Of a stretch of 64,000 bases of DNA, positions 17,668 to 27,830 are shown in pieces. Each line of letters starts with the position of its first letter. Position 1 is the stretch's first letter. A program made the translations under genes and the position numbers. Origin of the DNA: the human T2T-CHM13v2.0 reference genome, Homo sapiens. The notes beneath the pieces were generated by a model. It saw only the letters and a program-made list of their open reading frames with translations. It made no database searches and was not told where the DNA came from. The DNA lies in the NCBI RefSeq assembly GCF_009914755.1, contig NC_060931.1, one strand, 5' to 3'.

Positions 17668-18128
17668 TGTCATGCGCGTCCGTGTGAAGAGACCACCAAA
17701 CAAGCTTTGTGTGAGCAACATGGCTGTTTATTTCACCTGGGTGCAGGCAGTCTGAGTTTGAAAAGAGAATCAGCAAATGGTGGTGGGATTATCATTAGTT
17801 CTTACAGGTTTTGGGATAGGCGGTAGAGTTAGGAGCAATGTTTTGTGGGCAGCGGGGGGATCTCACAAAGTACATTCTCAAGGGTGAGGAGAATTACAAA
17901 GAACCTTCTTAAGCGTGGGGGAGATTAAAAAGAACCTTCTTAAGGGTAGGGGAGATTACAAAATACATTGATCAGTTAGGGTGGGGCAGAAACAAATCAC
18001 AATGGTAGAATGTCATCAGTTAAGGCTATTTTCACTTCTTTTGTGGATCTTCAGTTGCTTCAGGCTATCTGATGTGTATGTGCATGTCACGGGATATGAT
18101 GGCTTAGCTTGGGCTCAGGGGCCTGACA
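17668..18128 (-). mobile_element. HERV-H solo LTR (LTR7 family, LTR7B/type II-like)
   Basis: Minus strand begins TGTCAGGCCCCTGAGCCCAAGCTAAGCCATC and ends CACACGGACGCGCATGACA; internal CTTAAGAAGGTTCTTT repeats; perfect 5-bp TSD GGTTT at 17663-17667 and 18129-18133. Confidence 0.93.
17727..17732 (-). terminator. AATAAA poly(A) signal inside the LTR7 R region; candidate CCDC201 3' end (cleavage ~17712)
   Basis: Minus strand AATAAACAGCCATGTTGCTCA followed by GT-rich TTGTTTGGTGGT, on the same strand as and downstream of the CCDC201 stop. Confidence 0.55.
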
Positions 18129-20799
18129 GGTTTCAAAACTGCATTTTCTGCAAAATACATGGGTTCGCATACACAGTGAGAGTTAAGATCTATTTTATCC
18201 CAAATAATTGCTGCAAGTTACATTATGCTTACCTCTAAGTGAGCATTGTTGGTGTTATTACCAGGGCTATTGTTTAGCTGTTTATTATTTTCCTCAAAGA
18301 TGATCATTTAGAAATCTTGCCCTATGTCTAACATAAGCGGGCAGCACTCATTTCTCCGTGTCCCTCAGTCTGAGAATGCCCTGTCTCCCTTTCTAAGTTT
18401 CTCATCGTCTCCTGTCCCCAAGAATTTGGAAAGCTTTGTAGCAGCCAAACAGAGACTCAGTTCCATAGGCATGTCTAGGCGCTGGGGCAGCAAGACTTGT
18501 TCTGTCTTTAGCTGCTTCCTGTAGGTATCTTCCCATGGATGGAACATGTGATGTGCACCATTTGTGAAATCCAAGAGATTGCATTTTGAACACTTTAACT
18601 AGAGTGCCTATGGATAACTGCATATACTCCAAATATGTAAAAACATAGTAAGTACATTGTGCTAATATGTAGAAGATGCAATATGAATATCTAGGAAATC
18701 ATCTTATATGTGAAAACATTCTTCTGAGTGCTGATAATTCCCAATCTTTCAAGGACACACTTCCCCAGAGTCACTCACATTATTTTTCTTCCTCCAGGGA
18801 CTCATTTTGAATTTGAATTTCATTCTTTGAAAAACGAGATAGAAACATAACTACATGCCTGAATCACTTTGCATCAAACACAGACCACGGGAATAGTTCT
18901 CATGAAAACAGTTTATTTTTAATAGTAAAGACTGGAAAGAATTACTCTGATGTATTTATCTCTATGGTGTGCAATATAGGCAGTTTTTTTCTGCTTCTTT
19001 GTACTCTAATTTGTAAAATAAACATTTTTTAAATCTGATAATTTTGTAACCCAATAATATATAAGTTATAAAAAAAGAAAAAAGTAAACTTTTTAATAGC
19101 TTATACAGGAGGAACTAGTTCATAAAACCTATAAATGTTTAAACACACTACACAGTAAATAAATTTTTATCACTCATATAGAACATCCAATGAAATATGA
19201 AGTTACTGTCTAACTGCAGCCGCTATATCTAATCCCTCCTGTGAAGAATCTCATTCTCTGTTGGAAACCTCCAAAGAAATGTGGGTGTTTCCAGGAAGAA
19301 CCCAATTATTGATCAGGAATATTTTCCACCCACCCTGCAGATCTAAACTTTTCACCTGTCTCTTAAAACTGAACATCCTAGACCTCACATGCCCTTAGAA
19401 TCTATTATGTCCTATCTTTTAAGCCAGTCTGAGCCTATGTTTTAAGCCAGTCTCAGATTTCATCTAGGGGTTGCCCTTCTCACTGACTCCAGATGCCAGC
19501 CCACCTGTCCGCACACTTGAAGGGAGGCAGTGTAGGACTAGGCTGGAAATGTGTGCATTCTTTTTAGGAAGTAGAAAGCAAGCTTTTTAGAGTGGATGAT
19601 GCAAACATTTATATGAATAAACTCTAGCTCTGTATTTAGTAACCATAACATGTCCACACAAACAGGTCTTGCTGAGATGCCTGTACTTGGGAGAATTGAT
19701 GCTGACTTTGGGTTAAACTGAAGCTACCTGGACATCTCTTTCTTCTTCCTTACAATATGTATTACCTTCGTATTATTGATCACCTGGGTGGGACCCTGAT
19801 GTTAAGCAGGGAGCACAGCGTTGGAGAGTGTAGGGGGTTGGCCCATGTAACTGTTAAAGGTTAAGTTCCTCTAGCCCTACACACTCAACAAACACAGCCA
19901 GCACTCTCAGATTTCCAGAATGCCTTCCAGGTGAGAATCACGGTTTTGGGGCTTTCCTAGAGTGGCATTTCAGGCTCACTAGGATACCTACCCTGCCCCT
20001 GATACCAGGTGTGGTGACTCCTGGAGACTTCTCAGCCATGCAGTGTGGGTGGACTGGCCTCTGAGTTCCTCTAAGCTTCCTTGCCTTTATCTGCAAACAT
20101 CCTGGGATCCCACAGTCTGGTTTCTCCTACAGCCTATTGAGGAAGGAGGTAGGTACCCTCTAGGGGTGGGACTATGGGCACTCCCCTCCTCTCAAAACCT
20201 GGTTCCTCTCCACATAAGGGAAGGGAACATACATCCCTCACCATTGGTGCTCCAATGAGACCACCATAACCATAGGGTTGGAAACCCACCATCCAGTGCA
20301 GAGATTTTCTTTCCAGTTCCTGCTTCAGGCCTTCAATCCTGCTGTCTCAAATATGCTCATGGGGCATTGGCCCAACTCTTTCCTGAGAAGGCTGAGTGGC
20401 TACGGCCGCCCTCGCCTAGACATCAGCTCCACAGTCATTTCATCAGTCTGGGATGGGGTTTCCTCATGTGTCAGGTAAGGAACCTGAGGCTCAGACAAGC
20501 AGAGAGCTGTCTCCAAGGCCAGAGCTGGGCAGTGGAAAACCCAGGGCTCAAGTTACACACCATGCAGAGCCTTGTCTTCTTTAACCTGCCACCTCTGCTG
20601 ACCCTCATCAATGTCAATGCCTCCCAGAAACACATTTACAGTCTAAGCAACAGGATCTTCTCAAACCTGTTTTTCCCACCCCATGGAGAAGGGCAACAGC
20701 ATTGGGGGCCAGCCCAAGGAGGGCACCATGTGGACGATGAAGCCAGCCCAAGGCAGGCAGCTCTAGAGCACCCTGCCTTCCTGTCCTGGCACCAAGCAC

Positions 20800-20886
20800 T
20801 CAGTCATCTTCGATGGTGAGCTCATGCTGGGTGGCTTCCTCAATGTTCTGAAGCACGTAGATCTCCCACTGTCGCACTCGCTCCAT
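20800..20886 (-). CDS. CCDC201: CCDC201 coding exon 3 (MERVRQWEIYVLQNIEEATQHELTIEDD*)
   Basis: Acceptor cctttcctttaaacag|ATGGAGCGA; 28 codons plus TGA. Total spliced length 6+153+28=187 aa with Arg at 162, matching my recollection of CCDC201. Confidence 0.88.
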   Translation of the reverse strand: MERVRQWEIYVLQNIEEATQHELTIEDD

Positions 20887-23750
20887 CTGTTTAAAGGAAA
20901 GGCATCACCCCATAGCAGCATCCATCTTTACTGGAGACAAGCTCTTCTGCTGCAAAATGTGCTTTAGAAAATAAATGCCCACTCAAGGTCTGCAGCTGGC
21001 CCAGCCAGCCCTATACAATTCTGCCTGTGTGCTTCAAACATACTTCAAATGGGATACTGTGCCACCCAGAGGGCCCACTCTTGGTGTGGAGACAGACGAG
21101 TGTATAGGTGAATGGGGTAAGGTGCAGATGAAGTCTGTGTCTGACAAAGGAGGGGACAGGGACAAAAAGTTCCAGGGAAGGGGCAGACAGGCTGCGAGCA
21201 TGGAGTAGACGAGCCTGCGTGGGAACAGGTGCATAGGTCAGTCTAGATGGGATTTTGTAACTGTGCTCTCTAGAACCCCCTCTTCTAGGAGGGTGTTTAG
21301 GGCAGCTGCAGCAGGGAATGAAGGAGGCCTCCCCAGTTCAGCACAGGGAAGACGAGGATGGGTAAACTCCTGACACTAAACACGATGCCAGGATGGAGTA
21401 GAGACTGGAACCTGGGGATTTTGGGTGGCTGAGTCAGATCACGTGGAGTGTAGCTGGGGTCCGCTGGCCAACAATGGCAGGCCCACCATGGGTCAGTGGT
21501 CAGTGTCTTCCTAACGCCCTGAAAGTGTAAGACAGAAGCAAACCCACAGGACTGAGAATAAGGAACGAGAGTGGCCTCCAGAGGGCCAGCTGTAAGAGCA
21601 GAAGGCCTGAGCCAGAGCCAGCAGGAGCCACCGGGAGGCGTCCTGGAGCAGAGACAGAGTGGCCAAAGCTCTAAGCACCACTGCTGGCCAGCAGAGAGGG
21701 CCAGGCTGGGGTCTGCAAGATCCCATGATCATCTGGTAGGAGGACCAGCGAATTCCCAGTGCCCCTCCCTACCCGAGGCAGGGGCTGCCTTCCTGGTGCC
21801 CAGTGTTTATGTCCGTCCACAGAGGGTGACCTCTAGGGAGGCTGCTGAGAGCTGAGGCTCTCAGAGGGCTGTGTGGCGCAGGCACTGCCTGTCCGGACTC
21901 CCAGAAACTCAGTTTGTCACAGCGACTGAGGAAGATGCAATAGCCTCTGATCCCACAGAGGGGCCTTGTGGGGATCCAGGCTCAGCTGGGGGCCGCTGGG
22001 ATGCTCCATCGGGAGCATCCACAACATGCGTTCCACATGGGTTGTTCCCCACAAGCTCTACCCATAGTGAGAGCTTCAGGTCCCTTCTCACCTTCAGCTC
22101 CCAGAATACCCCAGCCAGTCCCACCTCTCCTGGCCGCAGGTGGGAACATTAACCCATGGGGATGCTGACTAGCAAGAGGTGGCAGATGTGGTGCAGTGAA
22201 GAAGCAGTTAACCCCCGGGTGACCCTTGGTGGACAGTTCCCACTCGGAACTCGGGGCTTTCCGTCAGCTCCCACCCAGCCCTGTGATGGCCCCCTCCAAA
22301 TCGGGAGGCAGCAGCCAGGCACAGCCACAGGACAGCAGGGCATGGAAGAGAGGCTGGAAAACTCCACTGCAAAATCAGCACCCTCAGAAGGTGAGAGAAG
22401 ACAGCAAGCAAGCCAGGGTAAAGAACATGAGGGAGTGTGGCAAGGAAGAAAATATCATCATGCAGTAACCTCGGAAGACAGAACTGAGCAACTCTCCTAA
22501 AAAGTAGAAGAAAGGGCTAAATAGCAAATAGAAAAGAAACTCAGAGAATCAATCAGGATGTCCAACATCCAACTGCAGAGGATCACAGACGGAGAAAGAA
22601 CACAGAGCCCAAGGTTAGGAAGGAAAAGTAGGGGAAGGTCTTCCAGAGTCAGATGGGCCCAGGGAGTGTCCTGCAGCTGAGCAAGACTACTCACCCCAAA
22701 ATGAAACTCAGCACCACCAAGAACCACAAAAGGGACCTGGAGAGGCTTGGGCAGGTGGGAGTCAGGGACAGGGGCACACAGGGCCTTCCAGTTCTGAGAA
22801 AGGGCTCCAAGACTGCTGGCCGGAAAAGTGCCCCTTCTCAGGAAGCTACTAGAACAAGGCCAGAGGATAAACCAGGAAATGGGCGAGGAGGCAGAATTCT
22901 GCCAGGAGAGGGCCAGGGCACCTCCCAACTGGCTGCTACCCTGGGGATCAGAGCCCTTGCAATCCTCTTCTCATTGGGTCCTTTCAGCTTCACAGCATCT
23001 CCAATTAGCAAAGGAAGAAGATGGCCTCTGAGAGTAAAAAGTAGGTCTGAGACAGTGTGTGCCCTGCTGGTTCTCCAGCTGTGGCAAGGGCCTGCAAACC
23101 TGGCTATGGTGAAGGTGGGACATCCCTGTCACAATGGTCCATGGAAAGACACCAGAGCCACCCTAGCCAGGTCCTTAGAAATGCAGGAGTGCTCCAGGAA
23201 TGTAACAGCTCCCTCTTCAAAGCATAGGAAGATGCCAAGAGACTCAGCACAGCCAGGCAGATTTTTACTAGAATAGGCTGTTTTCTGCTATTCTGTAACA
23301 AGATGACATATCAGACCTTCCCTGTCACCCCAACATGTCTGCAAAGCCCCAAAGCTGAAAGAGTCATCACCCAGACTCCTGTGAGCTAAAGAGCAATGAC
23401 AAAGCAGCCAGCCAGCGGCAGCCTGGGTCTGGATGCCAGACCATGAGGCCAGGAAGCTCATGTTTACCATAGGCAGCATCAGTCACGGGGGCCCTCAGAG
23501 CAGAGAGCTGTCTTGGGACAGGGCAGCAGCAGGTGTCAGAAAGGCTGGACAGCCTTGATCCTGTCCCATGTGACCTCATGTGCAGAGTAAGGGTGTGTTG
23601 GCCCCCAATGCCACGCCATGGGAGCATTAATTGGGGGAAGGAGGGTGTTGAGTGCTCCATGTCCCAAGCAGTGCTCACTCTCCTAATCTTCCACAGGGAC
23701 CCAGAACTCCTGGGGGAAAGGGATGGGGCAGGGACAGGGTTAATGCATAC

Positions 23751-24209
23751 CGCAGCTGCCCGCTTCTTCGGGTCTCGTCTCTTCCTCCCTGTTGTGTTCA
23801 GGATCCCAGGCAATCCAGGGTTTTGTGCCCAGCTCTTTGCCCGGAGGGACTCTTGCTGCTGCTGCTGCTGCTGCCGCTGCCGCTGCCGCTGGGTTAAGGA
23901 GGCTGATGTGGGCGGCTCCTCCCCAGGAGCTGAGAGATCCAAGCTGGACTCCTTGGAGGCCCAGAGAGTAGAAAGCCTCCTTTTCCTAACAGTGGCTGGA
24001 GGGCTGACCCCTGCTGGGTGGGATGCAAGGTCCTGAGAGAAGTGTGCAGGCATTGGGGACCCACTGAGATAGGAGGCACCTCCCGATGGCCTTGGGCTCC
24101 AACCCAGGGCTGCCTCCTCAGGGGTGCTGTGTTTCAGGGGCTTTCTCAAGGTGGGGCTCCTGATTGCTAGAGAGGGGCTCTCATCCTCAGAGGAGCTCAA
24201 TCCTAGATC
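23751..24209 (-). CDS. CCDC201: CCDC201 coding exon 2 (153 codons, DLGLSSSEDES...RRDPKKRAAA)
   Basis: Lies inside ORF 23367..24215. Acceptor tgtttttactttgcag|GATCTA at 24209; donor GCG|gtatgc at 23751/23750; 459 nt, phase 0 at both ends; non-repeat S/P/R/K-rich sequence with a QR/polyQ tract. Confidence 0.9.
23853..23891 (-). repeat. CCDC201: Coding (CAGCGG)3(CAG)6CAA repeat encoding QRQRQRQQQQQQQ
   Basis: Read directly from the sequence within exon 2. Confidence 0.95.
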
Positions 24210-25697
24210 CTGCAAAGTAAAAACAGAGTTTTGAGTCCTAGAAAGTCCTGGGGAGCCTTGAGACAGGCACTAAACTCTGACCCCAGGCACATTCTTATTT
24301 AAGCATGATGGCCCCATGAGGCAGACCTAAGTTGTCGCCCAGAGAGGGGAGTGTGCAGAACCCAGGGGCAGAACTGCAGGCCCTGAGATGGAACCCTGCA
24401 CAGGGCTAGACCACGCCCCTCTGTGCTTGCCTTTTCATGGATGTAATTATTGTCAAAACAGTAAGCATTGTCAGAGATGTATTTTTCAAGAATAGGATTG
24501 AAGCATAGATAACATTCAGGTAACCATATTTTTCCACCAAGAAAAATCTGTAAGGCATTGTCAATGAAATCATCCTGACTTGTAGACTCACAACATAAAA
24601 AGGCAAAACTGTTGACAAACATTGTAGTATTTTATGAACAGGTGAAGCACACTGGGCAGGTGGCTTGCAGTAGGTGCTGTGTGCCCTGGAGGTAACATCC
24701 CAACCCCAAGCCCCAGGATGGACTGTAACAATTCCATCACAGCCAATGTTTTCTTCCAAAAGAATGCCTTAAGTGAATCATGCTCCTGCACTCACACCCT
24801 TTTCTCAGATCCTGATGAACTATACCCGGCAAGCACATTTGTGTTCACCATAAGGTATGTGCCTCTGCAGTGCCCCTTGAAGTCTGTCCATGTTAAAGTG
24901 ACCTGACAGCAGATTGAGTTGTCCAATTGCTTTGTAATGATCTCTTGGTGTCTCAGACACACACATGCGTGCTCCTAACTGGTATCTCCGCACATCTGGC
25001 CGATTTACTACCAATGGAGGTAACTGCCAAAGCAATATCAGATTTTTCATTTTATGTTTAATCCCACTTGAATGGAACAATTTCCGGCATTTATTTTTTG
25101 GTAGTAGGAGTAACAGTGCCCAGTTACAATGTCTGCTGCAGGCAATGACATCCTAAATCAATTAAGGAAGCCACTGTCATTCAGGGTGTAGAAAAAACTG
25201 GAACTTTTCTAAAAGAAAAGAATGTTAAAAATGGAATGATTTTAACATTTCCTGATGCATGCCTGCCAATACCGTATAATTAGCAAGTGCATGTCCATTG
25301 CCTGGACAGAGCCAGCAATCACAAGAATGCAGAATGTACCTAGGAGAGACTCAAAAAAGCACATCAGCATTCCTGAAAACAGGTCCACTCCAGTCTAAGG
25401 TGAAACCCTGAGGGCTGCACCTAGGAGTCCACCTGCTCAGGACTGGCTTGCAGCTTCTTCCCAGGCTGATAACTGTGTCATAAGTTCAAGGACGTCACCA
25501 CTTTGCTAAATTATTGTATGCATTTGTACACAGAGAGGATTATCTGGTAGTTAATTTTGGGGGAGGCACAGCTAGAAACCATTTTAATGATGGTGAAGTA
25601 ATAGAGAGCTAAGTTTCTCTTAGAACAAAGAGATAGATGAGCACTTGCTTTAAACCTGAGATGGATTAGGGATATTCATTCAAAGTGGTGGGAAAGT

Positions 25698-26218
25698 ATA
25701 TTAGTTATTTACTGGGTAACAAATACACCAAAACATAGTGGCTTAAAACAGACATCTGTAATTGTAATTTCTATGGGTCAGGAATTTGGGAGCAGCCTCT
25801 CTGGGAAGTTCTGGCTTGGGGTCACCCATGAGGCTGTCATTGAGGTATTGGCTTCATTCATCTGAAGGCTTGACTGGGGATGGAGGTTCTATGCCAAGGT
25901 TGCTCACTACCCACATGCCCTGCAATTTGGTGCTAGCTATTGGTGGGAGGCCTCAGTTTATTTCTGCCTGGCCTCTCCAGGGGCTAGTTGAGTGTCCTCC
26001 AGATACAGAATAGTCTTCTCCAAGGAGAGTAGGCCAAAAGAGCACAGCATGGAGGCTGCAATGTCTTTGTATAATCTAACTTCAGAAGTCACACTCCTTC
26101 ATTTCTGCAAAACCTATTGCTTGCACCAGTCAGTTTTCTTCAGTGTGGGAGAACCCCACAAAGGTATGACTACCAAATTGTGAAGGTCACCGATGGCCAT
26201 CTTAGGGACTGGCTGACA
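25698..26218 (-). mobile_element. Old MLT1-type LTR in CCDC201 intron 1
   Basis: tatattagttatttactgggtaacaaatacaccaaaacatagtggcttaaaac...gggtcaggaatttggg...ggccatcttagg is an MLT1 antisense pattern. Confidence 0.65.
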
Positions 26219-27534
26219 TAGAAGAGATAGTGAAAATTGCATTTAAGGAGAAGCCACAGTCCCTGGTCTGTGGCTTCTCCCACCTCATCCCCAATGTGAG
26301 GCCTCAGGACTCCCCTCACTCTTCAGAGCACAGATGGCTGGACAAAGAATGGAAAGAGTCTTACATCATCCTAGGAGATGAGCCCTGTATTTTTCAAAGC
26401 CAGCACTCTGACATGGTTTTTGCATCCACTCTGGGGAGGACCCTTCCTCAACCACCCTGCCCTCAGCTTTCAGGGGAAGGGGCTGTAGCACTTAAACACA
26501 GCTCTCATTTTCTAAGTGAATTCCTCTTGTTAAAGTCAAACAATATAGAAACAAACAAGTTATACTAGAAAGTCCAGTTGAAAGTCCAGTCTTAACCTTT
26601 CTCTAGTCCTTCTCCCTCTAGGTAGTTTCCTTTAGCACTGTGTTACCTCTCCTTCCAGCATATTTCCATGTAAGCAAATATGACACATGCATTCCATATA
26701 TAAAGGAAAAAACTTAGGTATCTGCATAAATGGAATCATAATACACATTGTTACATAGTTTTCCACATCCTTGACGATTTCTCATGTCACTGACTCTTTT
26801 GAACAAAACATGCACAATAGAATATTTGAATGTGGCATAATGAGATAGTATAGAAAGAGCTATGTGTTTCACTTCCCACCAAGGCCTTAGAATGAGGCCA
26901 GGGCAGAAGAGGTTTGAAAAAAAATGTGGTCTAAGGAAGGTTCTTCTTGGAACCATCTATTCAGTAGAGTGTGCTGGAACATTAAAATCTGTTCTCATTG
27001 ATTTCTTATGCATTCTTATGAGGTAAGTATGATTGTAGTCAAGTCACCAGAGGAAATATTCAAACCCAGATGGCTTATTGGCCTGAAACAGAAGCAGCAA
27101 CAATGAGGTGTGAACTAGAGTTGGTGAAACCAAGGCTTACCCAGGAGCAACTGTTCTGTGGAGGTCTGGCTTCACATCCCAAACCCGTCAGTCTTGGCCG
27201 GAAAGGAGGGAGGGAGTGCCTCCTCCTTTTGGGATGATGAGTTGATCATGACCACTTACAGAGCTTCTACTGTGTTGCTCTTGGAGTATGTTTATTTTGT
27301 ACATCGTTTCCTTCAGCAAAGCCCTTAAAACTGGATTTGTGTGAACTCCAAATAACCTGAAGGATAGGATTTACTCCACAGCATGAGTCAGCATCAGAAA
27401 CTGCCAAGCTGCTTTCCAACCTGCCTGCACCATGTTTTTATCCCACCAACCAGCATCCCGTACATTGCTGGTGGGTTGGAAGAATAGTACAGGCAAGCTG
27501 GAAAACTGCTACTTTACAGTTTAGTTGCTCCACA

Positions 27535-27830
27535 TTTTTTTTTTTTTTTTTGAGACAGAGTCTCGCTCTGTCACCCAGGTTGGAGTGCAGTGGTGCAATC
27601 TCAGCTCACTGCAACCTCTGCCTCTTGGATTCAAGCGATTCTCCTGCCCAGCTTCCAGAGTAGCTGGGATTACAAGCATGTGCCACCATGTCCAGCTAAT
27701 TTTTGTATTTTTATTAGAAATGGGGTTTTGCCATGTTGTCCAGGCTGGTCTCGAACAGATGACCTCAGGTGATCCACGTGCCTCGGCCTCCCAAAGTGCT
27801 AGGATTATAGGCGTGAGCCACCGCAGCCAG
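27535..27830 (-). mobile_element. AluS element within degraded L1M fragments (~27400-29900)
   Basis: Full Alu with flanking duplication cagttgctccacatt / tagttgctccacatt; the surrounding A-rich sequence resembles old L1 ORF2/3' parts. Confidence 0.85.

Noticed and set aside
22653-23276. 207-aa plus-strand ORF in CCDC201 intron 2
   Set aside because: No recognisable domain, promoter or splice structure, and it partly overlaps degraded L1-like sequence.
23367-24215. 282-aa single-exon ORF as an independent gene
   Set aside because: Its 'start' is a TTG inside the splice acceptor, and the last ~127 codons follow a good gtatgc donor. It is better explained as CCDC201 exon 2 plus intron read-through, although an intron-retained isoform cannot be excluded.
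24430-25400. Repeat-free AT-rich block in CCDC201 intron 1 with homeobox-like motifs (TAATCC, CAATTA)
   Set aside because: It could be a conserved enhancer, but the motifs are too short to support without conservation or chromatin data.
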